Below, piece after piece: positions 10,107-18,522 of a stretch of 29,965 nucleotides of DNA (positions are counted from its first letter, which is position 1; the number at the start of each line of letters is the position of its first letter). The stretch spans positions 1-29,965 of the forward strand of contig CAZZNC010000001.1 in assembly GCA_964655405.1 (NCBI GenBank), read 5' to 3'. Under the pieces are notes generated by a model. The model did not search any database and had not been told where the DNA came from. It saw nothing but the letters and a program-made list of their open reading frames with translations. This stretch comes from an uncultured Anaerolineaceae bacterium. Lineage in GTDB: Bacteria; Chloroflexota; Anaerolineae; Aggregatilineales; Aggregatilineaceae. The position numbers and the translations under genes were made by a program.

Positions 10107-10853
10107 TTACTCTTCGGTGGCACTTTCACTACTGGCGGCGCTGGCACTTTCTTCTTCCGTGCCGCTGACCTCGGCGTCGCTCAGTCCCAAGCGTTGGCGG
10201 CGCTCTTCGAGCTGCATCTCGATCTCCGATGTGCCGATCACTTGGTCGATTTGGTCGCTGACGCTCGTCGTCGCCATTTCCAAACGGGCTTCTTCGCGGT
10301 CCAAGCGTGCGCGAATCTGTTCGCCCAGTTGCCGCACGTCTTCATCGCCCATGCCGACCAGGTCGTCCAGCCCCTTGATGGTGCGGGTGGTGATCGCCTT
10401 GGCCTCGATCAGTTCCATCAGCGCCTGGAGGTGCTCGCGTTCCTGGCGGATGGTGGTCAGCTTGGCTTCCAAGCGCAACTTGGCGTCCAACATGCGGCGA
10501 TATTCTTGCTCTTGGGACTGCCACTGTTCGTAGTATTCTTGGGCAAGCTGTTGTTTTTGGTTCAGCTCGGCTTGGGCAGCCTTTGCCAAGTCGGTTTTGC
10601 CGCGCACGAGCAACGTATCAATGTCACGGTCGAGCTTTTCGGCAGCAGCGGCGAATTCCTCATACTTACGCCGTAACGTCTTCACCGTGCCCCCCACCGT
10701 TGCGGCGGAATCGTCCAATGCTTCGAGGTTGCGTTCCGCCTGGCGAATGTATTCGTCCATGACCTTGACGGAATTGGCTTCCAGCGCGGAATCTACCAGG
10801 GCATGTATATTTGCCGAAAGAAGCGTCTGGATTTTCTGTAACAATGATGCCAT
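10107..10853 (-). CDS. pspA: PspA/IM30 (Vipp1/ESCRT-III-like) family protein
   Basis: Amphipathic N-terminus MASLLQKIQTLLSANIHALVD, then MDEYIRQAERNL, long coiled coil, G...LAKAA, acidic tail; AGGAGGT RBS. Confidence 0.9.
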   Translation of the reverse strand: MASLLQKIQTLLSANIHALVDSALEANSVKVMDEYIRQAERNLEALDDSAATVGGTVKTLRRKYEEFAAAAEKLDRDIDTLLVRGKTDLAKAAQAELNQKQQLAQEYYEQWQSQEQEYRRMLDAKLRLEAKLTTIRQEREHLQALMELIEAKAITTRTIKGLDDLVGMGDEDVRQLGEQIRARLDREEARLEMATTSVSDQIDQVIGTSEIEMQLEERRQRLGLSDAEVSGTEEESASAASSESATEE

Positions 10854-10932
10854 GTTTGCAGCTTACCTCCTGCCTATTGAATGAACCGCGCAAGCGCGCA
10901 TGTCGTGCGCGGCACGGGTTCGGTGCTTCATG

Positions 10933-10942
10933 ATCCTAACAC
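10933..10942 (-). promoter_or_regulatory. Putative extended -10 promoter (TGTTAGGAT) of pspA
   Basis: GTGTTAGGAT on the minus strand 80 nt upstream of the ATG; same 10-mer as at 3469-3478. Confidence 0.45.
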
Positions 10943-11001
10943 AAGTGGAGAGCGTGTGACGATGCCACGGCCTGGCACAAAACCCGCGTGCGGAAAGACG
11001 G

Positions 11002-12159
11002 TCACCCCTGCTCCTCGGCGCTCGCAATCGGGAGGTGAATGGTGAACGTGCTGCCTTCCCCGACCGTGCTTTCTACCGACACGTGCCCGTCGTGCAATTG
11101 CACCACGCCTTTGACAATGGCTAACCCCGCTCCCGCGCCCTGGTCTTCGTAAATCTCGCGGTCAATTTGGTAAAAGCTCTTGAAGATGCGTTCCCGTTCT
11201 GCTTCCGGAATCCCGCGCCCTTGATCCATGACGCTGAAGCACACTTCGTCCCCTTCTTGATACGCACGGAGTGTGATGGTGGTTTCTGGCTGCTCGGTAA
11301 ATTTAACGGCGTTGTCTACCAAACACTCGACGGCAGTGGTCAGATACTCGCTGTCGGCCACGATAGGCGGCAGGTCGTCTTCGATTTGTACCTCCAGCGC
11401 GGCTTGTTTTTCCCGCGCCTGGTCACGGTACTGGCTGGCAACGACGTGCAAAACCGCCGCATAGTTGGAAAACAGCTCGCGTCGCCAAGAAAACGTGTCG
11501 CGGGCTTCTCCGGTTTCCAGCTCGGCCAGCAAAATGAAATTTTCGACCAGGCGGCGCAAACGGTTGGCGCCAGCGTTGATGCCGTGCAAGAAAGTGCGCA
11601 TGTCGCTCACTTGCAAATCTTCAGGGTCGCGCTCCAACAGGTCGCCGTAGTCGCGGTTGAGCATGTCAGAATACGCAACAACATAAGTGAGAGGGGTGCG
11701 CATTTCGTGGTTGATGATGGTGAGCACTTTGCGTTTGATTTCCGCCATCTGTCCTTCGAAGTATTGCCCCACTTCGCGGATGCGGCGCAACTTGGCGTCC
11801 ACGATGGTCAGCAATTCCTGTGCTTCGAAAGGTTTGACGATATAGTCGTCCGACCCCATGCCCTTTCCCAACATCACGTCGTCGCGTTCGCCTTTGGCGG
11901 TCAGGAAAATAAACGGGATTTTGACCCAGGCAGGGTTGGCGCGCACGGCCTGGAAAAACTCGTAGCCGTCCATGCGAGGCATCATAATATCGGAAAGGAT
12001 CAGGTCTGGGGGGGCCGCTTGCTGCTGCAAAAGCTCTAAAGCGACCTGCCCGTCCGCCGATGTCCACACGTCGTAGCCGTGTATTTCTAGAATCTCACGG
12101 AGGCCTTCCAATAAGTGCAGATCATCTTCAACAATTAGGATGGTTCCTTTACCGCTCAT
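11002..12159 (-). CDS. Hybrid receiver-histidine kinase (REC-HisKA-HATPase)
   Basis: N-terminal receiver ILIVEDD...DLILSDIMMP...FLTAK...DDYIVKPF; H-box INHEMRTPL; LVDNAVKF; DQGRGI; GAGAGL. Start overlaps the upstream kinase stop by 11 bp. Confidence 0.94.
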   Translation of the reverse strand: MSGKGTILIVEDDLHLLEGLREILEIHGYDVWTSADGQVALELLQQQAAPPDLILSDIMMPRMDGYEFFQAVRANPAWVKIPFIFLTAKGERDDVMLGKGMGSDDYIVKPFEAQELLTIVDAKLRRIREVGQYFEGQMAEIKRKVLTIINHEMRTPLTYVVAYSDMLNRDYGDLLERDPEDLQVSDMRTFLHGINAGANRLRRLVENFILLAELETGEARDTFSWRRELFSNYAAVLHVVASQYRDQAREKQAALEVQIEDDLPPIVADSEYLTTAVECLVDNAVKFTEQPETTITLRAYQEGDEVCFSVMDQGRGIPEAERERIFKSFYQIDREIYEDQGAGAGLAIVKGVVQLHDGHVSVESTVGEGSTFTIHLPIASAEEQG

Positions 12160-15100
12160 CTACATCACCTCTATGGGCCATTTGTGTGCCTTGTTCGATC
12201 ATGGGGGGCTGCAACGGAAGCCAGATGCGGAAGGTGCTGCCGACGTTTTTTTTGCTTTCGACCTCGATACGTCCTCCGTGCAGCTCGACGATCTCCTTGA
12301 CAATAGCCAGTCCCAACCCCGTCCCCGCGATATTCGGACTGACATTGGAGCCTCGGTAGAAGCGTTCGAAGATGGATGGTAGCTCTTGTTCAGGAATGCC
12401 AATTCCATCGTCTACTACCTCAATAATAACCCATTCTGGCTCGTTTGCATCCGACGGGGCGATGCGGCTACGCACGACAATTTGGGCCCCTTCTAGGGTA
12501 TAGCTCAGCGCATTGCTCACCAGGTTGGTCAGCGCCCGCACAATCTGGTCGGGATCGCCGGTATAGGGGGGCAAGGCGTCGGCAGGGCGTTCATGGTGCA
12601 ACGATTTACCTTCAGAGAAGGCACGCGCTTGGTTATCTTGGATGACCGTGTCAACGAGTGTCAGCAAGTCGAACCCTACGCGCGTTTGGGAGCGTTCGGC
12701 GTCTTTTTCGCGCGCCAGGCGCGAAATTTGCAACAAATTGGTAATCAACCGTTCCAGGCGCTCTACCTCGCGGTGCATCACGCCTAAATATTTGGCGCGG
12801 CGCTCTGGGCGCCCTTGTTCCAACAGCGCCATATAGAGCTTGAGATTAGCCAGCGGGGTGCGCAGCTCGTGGGAAACGTTGGTGACGAACATATCTTTCA
12901 TGCGGTCGAGTTCGCGTAACCGCGAGATGTCACGCATGACTACCACCACACCCAAGGTATGGTCGCCTTCAACCACACGCGCGGCTTTTGCCTGGAGCGT
13001 TACCGCTCCCAGCTCCAGCATCTCGGTGGTGGCGGGGGCTTCGTGAGTTTCACGTAACAAAGGCATGACCATTTCGCGCACGCGCGTTCCCAAGTCCATC
13101 TCCAAATCGTGCGCATCGAAAAGTCTGCGCGCTGCCGGATTGGTCAACATGACTTGCCCTTTTAAGTCAAAGACAATGACAGCGTCGGCCACCGAACGCA
13201 AAATGGCTTCGGTGCGTTCTTGTTGGAGCCGAATTTCGGTGGTGCGTTGCACCACGCGCTCTTCGAGCACAACCGTCTGTTGGCGTACCGTTTCGTACAG
13301 CCTTGCGTTGGAAAGCGAAATGGCGATTTGAGCCGCCAATGGTTTGAGCGCTTCTTCGTCGTCTGAAGCCACGCTGCCGTCCCCGTTCCTGGCAACCAGG
13401 AGCACGCCGGTCACTTCATCCGCGATGATGAGAGGCAAGGCCAGTGCGCAAAAGCAACGGTCTTGCCCTTCGGTTTCTGCTGTGGAAATAGGAACGGCGG
13501 AGGGCACATTGTCGCGCACAGGGGCAGCGTCTTTGCGGGCTTGCATAGCCAACTGTACGAAAGATGCGTGCAGGGCGTTTGGTTTTTGTACCTCTCCGTG
13601 GCAGAAAAAGGTGCGCACCGACAGGTGCTTGGATGTGCTGCTTAGCAATGCCACGATGTCATAGTGCAAGCGCGAGGAAAGCATTTGGGCAATGCCTTCC
13701 TCCAAGTGCGGCAGATTCAGCAGCACCGTAGTATAACGGCTCAATTCGTTGACCAAGCGGAGTTGTTCCAGACGGTGGCGCACTTCGTTGAACAGTGTCG
13801 CGTTTTGAAGGGTCAAGGCGGCTTGTACGCCCAACACCCCGACTTGTTCCAGCACCCAATCTTCGAAGGCGTCGGCTCGTTCGGTGTCAATGAGCAACAA
13901 TGTGCCGACCAACACGTCGGCCTTCAGCAATGGAACGGCCAGCGCAGCTTGGGCGTGCACGTGCGTTGTGAAAAAGTCTGGCAAGACGTCGGCTTGCTCC
14001 ACTTGGTTGACATAGCGGGGACGCCATTCACGGAGTACCTGCGCAGGCAACCAATGGTCGTTTTTCAAATCAATGGCATGGCCTATAAAACGTTTGGCTT
14101 CCGGCCCGTGTGCCGCAGCGCCAACAAGCTGTTGATCTTCCAAAAGCCAGATGTACGCTCCTTGCACGCCCAAAACTGCCGCGCTTTCTTGGCAGAGCAA
14201 CTGCAAGATGGTTTCACGGTTCAGCTGGGCGCTGATTGCCAGCCCCACACGGCTGAGGTCGGCGGAAAGCGCGGCACGACTGGTTGTGGCCTCGAAGAGA
14301 ATTGCATTGTCCATCACCACGCCGAGCTGTGGCCCGATGCTTTTCAGCCATTCGTGCAATGTGGTCGCTTCCTTTTCGCTGGGCGGGGCCAGTACACTCA
14401 GCAGGCCAACCGTTGCTCCATGAGAAAGCAGCGGCACGCTGAGGAACGTCAGCGTGTCGTCAGATGGCAATACGAGTGGCGGTAAATGCAGCGTTTCCAC
14501 ATCGTCTACCGGCACATGAGACAGCAACTCGACCGCTTCGGTGGACAAGCCTTCGGCTACACGCAGGCGCAAATAACGTTCTGTGGATACGTACTGGTGG
14601 ATAATCCCTCCGGCCAACCCCAGGGTTTCCAGTACGCGCATCAGCGACACACGCAGCACGTCGTCTCGGGCTGAAAGTGCCTCGTTGCTGGCCGCTAAAA
14701 TGGTGTTGAGCGCGGTCAACACCTGGTTTTGGCGGGTAGACTCATCCAATAAGCGGAAATTGTCCAACACTGCCGCAATCTGATTGGCAAAGACGCGCAC
14801 CATCTGGAACTCTTCTTGCGAAAAGCCGTTGGGACGCAAGCTGTGAACGCCCAACGCGCCAATAACCCTGTTGCGCACCACCAACGGCACGCCAATCCAA
14901 CTGCGTGTTTCCGGCGTTCCCGGAGAAGTGATCCAACGCGGTTCTTGGCGCGTGTCGCGGAGCAGCATGGCGCGCTGATGGAGCAAAGTTTCCTTGAGCA
15001 GCGGGCGGTCTTCTAGTTCCAAGTTTGGAGAGAACGATGGTGTGGAATTGCAGGGATAGTTTACCGGAGAGAGCCACACGCCGCGCTCCATATCTACCAG

Positions 15101-16408
15101 CCCGATATAAGCGCGGTGGAATTCCAATACTTGCGAAAGGTGTTCCAATGACGTTTGGAGTGCGTTGGACAGGTCGGAGCTGGTGGTCAGCGCATACGAA
15201 GCGTGGGAAAGAAACTCCGCGTGGCGTCGGCGTTCTTGCTCGGATTCAAGCAGGCGCACGTTTTCAACGGCAATAGCGGCTTGGTCGGCGAAGGCAAGGG
15301 AAAGTTCCAAGTGGGTTTCGGTGAAGAAATGAGGCCGGTGGTGCACGATGCTCAAACAGCCCAAAACATGCCCGCGAAAGCTCAACGGGACGCCCATCCA
15401 CGAACCATACGAGCGCCCGTCGCTTTTCCAAAGTGGATCTGCGTTGGTGTTGCGCACAAGTTGCGGCGTGTTGCTTTGGAAGATGCGTTGTAAATAGACG
15501 TAATCGTCAATGTGCACAGATTGTTTGCGCCAGTTGTCCAAGGATTGCGGGCCGGGGTCCAAAAAGCCTTCGAAAGCATATACCCCCAACACGCCTGGCG
15601 CCGTTTCCAAAAGCACGGACGCACGGTCGTAGGGAACAATCTTGTGAAGCTGTGCTAACAAGGCTTGGAGCGTGTCGTGCAAAGTGTGGGTGGTGAGCAA
15701 ACTTGCCAGCACGCTGAGCGTTTCAGTGGTGATATGAGAACGCGGCACAATGGAGGTGCGAAGCACCAGTGCCGTGAGCGCTACAACCAGCAGCGTTGTT
15801 CCCAACGCGGCAAGGGCAATGCCTGTGCTTTCGTTCAGACGCGGCACGGTCAATAGCGCCAGCAACCCAAGCCAACTGGCAACGAGCAGCGCCAACACAT
15901 GTTGCCACACGGCGCGGCGTTGCCACAACGCCATTCCCAAGATGAGGGTGGCTGGTGCCAACAGCGCTGTAGAAAGCAACAGAAGTTCGCCAAAGCTGCG
16001 CACTGTCGAAATGAGCCAAGTGTCGCTCGGAAACCATACGTTCACAAAAAAGCTGCTGCGCACAAAGGCAACGAACAACACCAACAACGCGGGGGCAAGC
16101 CCTAACGTGATGCCAATTGCTTGGGTCAAGGAAGATTGAAAACAGCCACTGAAATACAGGCCGACCAAGACCAACGGCAGCCAGACCACCACGCCCCAGC
16201 CGATGAACAGCGTGAGCACTCTTTCGGCAACACACATCGTCACGGCATCAAAGGTCGTTCCAAGTACGAGATAGGCAGCGGTGACCAGCGCCGCATTGAA
16301 CACATAAAATGCCAGCGAAATATAAGCAAAGCCAGAGGGTTGGCGGCGCAAAATAGACACTGCCAGCGTGCTATAAAGGCCGATGGGCACAATCAGCAGG
16401 TAAACCAT
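12149..16408 (-). CDS. Large sensor histidine kinase: about 7-TM N-terminus, five GAF domains, PAS, HisKA, HATPase
   Basis: 1419 aa. Seven hydrophobic segments in the first ~215 aa; five GAF-type ends (QAAIAVENVRL, QIAAVLDNFRL, QLGVVMDNAIL, QAALTLQNATL, QIAISLSNARL); PAS AILRSVADAVIVFD..G...LTNPAA; VSHELRTPL; DDGIGI; GTGLGL. Confidence 0.93.
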   Translation of the reverse strand: MVYLLIVPIGLYSTLAVSILRRQPSGFAYISLAFYVFNAALVTAAYLVLGTTFDAVTMCVAERVLTLFIGWGVVVWLPLVLVGLYFSGCFQSSLTQAIGITLGLAPALLVLFVAFVRSSFFVNVWFPSDTWLISTVRSFGELLLLSTALLAPATLILGMALWQRRAVWQHVLALLVASWLGLLALLTVPRLNESTGIALAALGTTLLVVALTALVLRTSIVPRSHITTETLSVLASLLTTHTLHDTLQALLAQLHKIVPYDRASVLLETAPGVLGVYAFEGFLDPGPQSLDNWRKQSVHIDDYVYLQRIFQSNTPQLVRNTNADPLWKSDGRSYGSWMGVPLSFRGHVLGCLSIVHHRPHFFTETHLELSLAFADQAAIAVENVRLLESEQERRRHAEFLSHASYALTTSSDLSNALQTSLEHLSQVLEFHRAYIGLVDMERGVWLSPVNYPCNSTPSFSPNLELEDRPLLKETLLHQRAMLLRDTRQEPRWITSPGTPETRSWIGVPLVVRNRVIGALGVHSLRPNGFSQEEFQMVRVFANQIAAVLDNFRLLDESTRQNQVLTALNTILAASNEALSARDDVLRVSLMRVLETLGLAGGIIHQYVSTERYLRLRVAEGLSTEAVELLSHVPVDDVETLHLPPLVLPSDDTLTFLSVPLLSHGATVGLLSVLAPPSEKEATTLHEWLKSIGPQLGVVMDNAILFEATTSRAALSADLSRVGLAISAQLNRETILQLLCQESAAVLGVQGAYIWLLEDQQLVGAAAHGPEAKRFIGHAIDLKNDHWLPAQVLREWRPRYVNQVEQADVLPDFFTTHVHAQAALAVPLLKADVLVGTLLLIDTERADAFEDWVLEQVGVLGVQAALTLQNATLFNEVRHRLEQLRLVNELSRYTTVLLNLPHLEEGIAQMLSSRLHYDIVALLSSTSKHLSVRTFFCHGEVQKPNALHASFVQLAMQARKDAAPVRDNVPSAVPISTAETEGQDRCFCALALPLIIADEVTGVLLVARNGDGSVASDDEEALKPLAAQIAISLSNARLYETVRQQTVVLEERVVQRTTEIRLQQERTEAILRSVADAVIVFDLKGQVMLTNPAARRLFDAHDLEMDLGTRVREMVMPLLRETHEAPATTEMLELGAVTLQAKAARVVEGDHTLGVVVVMRDISRLRELDRMKDMFVTNVSHELRTPLANLKLYMALLEQGRPERRAKYLGVMHREVERLERLITNLLQISRLAREKDAERSQTRVGFDLLTLVDTVIQDNQARAFSEGKSLHHERPADALPPYTGDPDQIVRALTNLVSNALSYTLEGAQIVVRSRIAPSDANEPEWVIIEVVDDGIGIPEQELPSIFERFYRGSNVSPNIAGTGLGLAIVKEIVELHGGRIEVESKKNVGSTFRIWLPLQPPMIEQGTQMAHRGDVDER

Positions 16409-16538
16409 ACCCTATACGCGCGCCTATGAATCTGCAATGCAGCACAATCTATCAGCTGCGTTTCTCTCGGATAACAGTGCAGCCGGTGAACAGCAGGGGC
16501 ACCGCCTAAGCAAACCTTCGCCCCTTGCGTCTCATCTT

Positions 16539-16567
16539 AGTTTATTCGTTCTTCCGCGCGCTGTCAC
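16539..16567 (-). promoter_or_regulatory. Putative sigma70-type promoter for the multi-GAF kinase operon
   Basis: Minus strand GTGACA (16567-16562), 17-bp spacer, TAAACT (16544-16539); predicts a 5' UTR of about 125 nt. Confidence 0.55.
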
Positions 16568-16743
16568 GGCGAAAATGTCCGAACGAGTGCGTAATGGCAA
16601 AAACGCACCACGTTTCAAGCCTCCCCTTGCTTGAAAGAGTGCACATCGTGTAGGTTGTAGGGGCGCAGACGCGCCGCCCGCGTGCGCTACTCAGCACACC
16701 GACGCCATCAGACGCCGGGCCGTGCGGTACACGGCAGCAGGCG

Positions 16744-16767
16744 GCGCGCTCTTTGCAAAGAGCACAC
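16744..16767 (-). terminator. Hairpin / perfect palindrome downstream of the surface-protein gene
   Basis: GCTCTTTGCAAAGAGC (16748-16763) is a perfect 16-bp palindrome, extendable by G-C/U-G pairs on the minus-strand RNA; 30 bp after the stop. No U-tract, so terminator versus operator is unresolved. Confidence 0.4.
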
Positions 16768-16793
16768 ACTCCCCGCAAACGAGCATCGTAGTA

Positions 16794-18473
16794 TCAGGCC
16801 GAGGTGCGCAGCTTGCGTGCGATGAACACCACCGCAACCAGGCCCGCTGCCGCAATAGCCAGCACGGTCAAACCGTTGGTGCCAGAAAGTGCCCCATCGT
16901 CGCCGGTCATATCCGAGAAGAAACCCGTCTCAGACAGCGCGGTGGGTAACGTTCCGGTGACTTCTTCCTGTGGCACAGGGGACAAAATGTCCACGGGCGC
17001 CGCGGTCAGTGTTTGGGCGGCGAACTCGGCGCGTGCGGTGGCGGTTTGTTCGATGCCACTTGGACCGGTCGCTGTGGGCGGGATGGGGGTAGGCGTTGGT
17101 CCACCGATCTCAAAGGAAATTTCCGGCATTTCGCCACTTTCCGGCACGTTGACTTGCAAAACCAGCGGCTCATTGGCGGGCACGATAGCTTGCAGCTCCG
17201 GCGGCAAGGAATCGTATTCCAGCTCCAGCCAATAGGTTCCGGGGTCTAGCGAGCCGAAGTCAATCACGCCCTCTAGGGACGACATAAGCGTATCCATCAA
17301 CGGGTCGCCGGTGTCCGGTGTTGGGGTGGGGGCAGGCGTGCCGCCATCTTGCGCCAGCACATCCGGCGCGCCGATGTCTTCCCCGCCCGTGCTGGGACGG
17401 TATGCGCCTTCGGCGGGCGTAGGTGTTTTTGTTTCGGCCTCGGTTTCGCCTGTTTCCTCTTGCGGCGGCAAAATCGCCACGTTCAGCCGCAAGCGGTAGT
17501 CACCCTGACCGGCCAGGCTGCTTACGGCTATCGTGTAAACGCCGTCGGCGGGCAGCTCAAATTCGGTGATGAGTGCATTCGAAGCGTCGCCGCCGTCGTC
17601 ATCGCTGGTCAAGCGGCGTCCGTCCGGCGCGTACAGTTCCAGGTAGGTATCCAATTGGGCAGGGTTGACGGCTTCGGCGCTGATGGAAACTTTGTCGCCC
17701 GTTTGGCCGGCAAAACGCCAATCAACGCGCTCGCCCATGCTCAGCGTGCCCTCGCCGACCTCGCCGTAAGCAAGGGAGACCTCTTCTTCGGGGGCTTCTG
17801 ATGAAGTTTCGGTTGCTTCGCCACCAGCTTCGGCGACCATGCGGTCGGCGGGGTCAAATTCGCCATCGCCGTCATCCTGATACAACCGCACACGCACGTT
17901 GCTCACCGGCTGCCCTTCTTGAGAAACCAAGCGCACAACCAGGCGGCGCGCTTCGGCGGTTGCAGTCGCAGCGGCGTTCAGTACCTCTTGCGTCGCTGTT
18001 TGCAGGGCGGCGGCGGTTTGCGTGGCGGCGGCGGCCTGGGTCGCGGCCTCAGCGGTTTGGGTTGCTGCGACCGCTTGCTGCGTTTGGGCGGCGAGGAATT
18101 GCGCTGTGCTGGTTTGCGCGTCAAGGAAGATAGCCGTTTCGGTCACTTCGGCGATGCGCGCCAGCGCGGTCAGCGTGGCATTGTTCTTGGAAATCTCGGT
18201 CGAGTTCAGCGCCGCAATCTGGGTGCTCGTCTTGTCATAGGAGGAGAGTTTGCCGCGACTGGCAAAAGCATAGCCCACCAGCACGACAATCAGCAGCAGC
18301 ACCAACAGCGCCATGATACCAGCCACGGCTTTGAAGCTACGGCTTACCCCACCCGTCTCGCCGCTATCGTCGAACTCGGCCAGGAATTCTTCATCTTCCA
18401 TGACCCCAAACGGCGGCTCTTCTTCTAGGAAGTCGAAATCATCTCCCAAGCCAAAGTTTTCTTCGTCGCTCAT
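16794..18473 (-). CDS. Cell-surface protein: acidic N-tail, TM, Ala/Thr linker, SdrD-B/Cna-B-like domain with inserted PPC domain, C-terminal LPXTG-like (LSETG) sorting signal
   Basis: Start reassigned to ATG 18473 (GGAGG upstream), 559 aa. TM AVAGIMALLVLLLIVVLVGYAF; PPC-like WRFAGQTGDKVSIS...DTYLELYAPDGRRLTSDDDGG...LPADGVYTI; LSETG (16923-16937), hydrophobic stretch, RKLR. Confidence 0.7.
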   Translation of the reverse strand: MSDEENFGLGDDFDFLEEEPPFGVMEDEEFLAEFDDSGETGGVSRSFKAVAGIMALLVLLLIVVLVGYAFASRGKLSSYDKTSTQIAALNSTEISKNNATLTALARIAEVTETAIFLDAQTSTAQFLAAQTQQAVAATQTAEAATQAAAATQTAAALQTATQEVLNAAATATAEARRLVVRLVSQEGQPVSNVRVRLYQDDGDGEFDPADRMVAEAGGEATETSSEAPEEEVSLAYGEVGEGTLSMGERVDWRFAGQTGDKVSISAEAVNPAQLDTYLELYAPDGRRLTSDDDGGDASNALITEFELPADGVYTIAVSSLAGQGDYRLRLNVAILPPQEETGETEAETKTPTPAEGAYRPSTGGEDIGAPDVLAQDGGTPAPTPTPDTGDPLMDTLMSSLEGVIDFGSLDPGTYWLELEYDSLPPELQAIVPANEPLVLQVNVPESGEMPEISFEIGGPTPTPIPPTATGPSGIEQTATARAEFAAQTLTAAPVDILSPVPQEEVTGTLPTALSETGFFSDMTGDDGALSGTNGLTVLAIAAAGLVAVVFIARKLRTSA

Positions 18474-18522
18474 AAACCTTTTACCCTCCGCGATAGCCGC
18501 AATAGTCGCCCGCCCCGACGCC

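Noticed and set aside
13440-13475. DRCF in the fifth GAF as a cyanobacteriochrome DXCF bilin-binding motif
   Set aside because: It sits directly before the ALALPL strand rather than at the DXCF position, and there is no conserved CH motif.
16455-16480. TTATCCGAGAG on the minus strand resembling the 5' end of a SAM-I riboswitch
   Set aside because: The downstream SAM-I core (GAGGGA...GCCC..TGA...GCAAC) is absent, and the gene is not a sulfur-metabolism gene.
16580-16700. GAGTGC-containing segments as a CIRCE element
   Set aside because: No TTAGCACTC-N9-GAGTGCTAA arrangement is present.
17960-18130. GCG/ACG-rich repetitive DNA
   Set aside because: It simply encodes an Ala/Thr/Gln low-complexity linker; no fixed-period DNA repeat.
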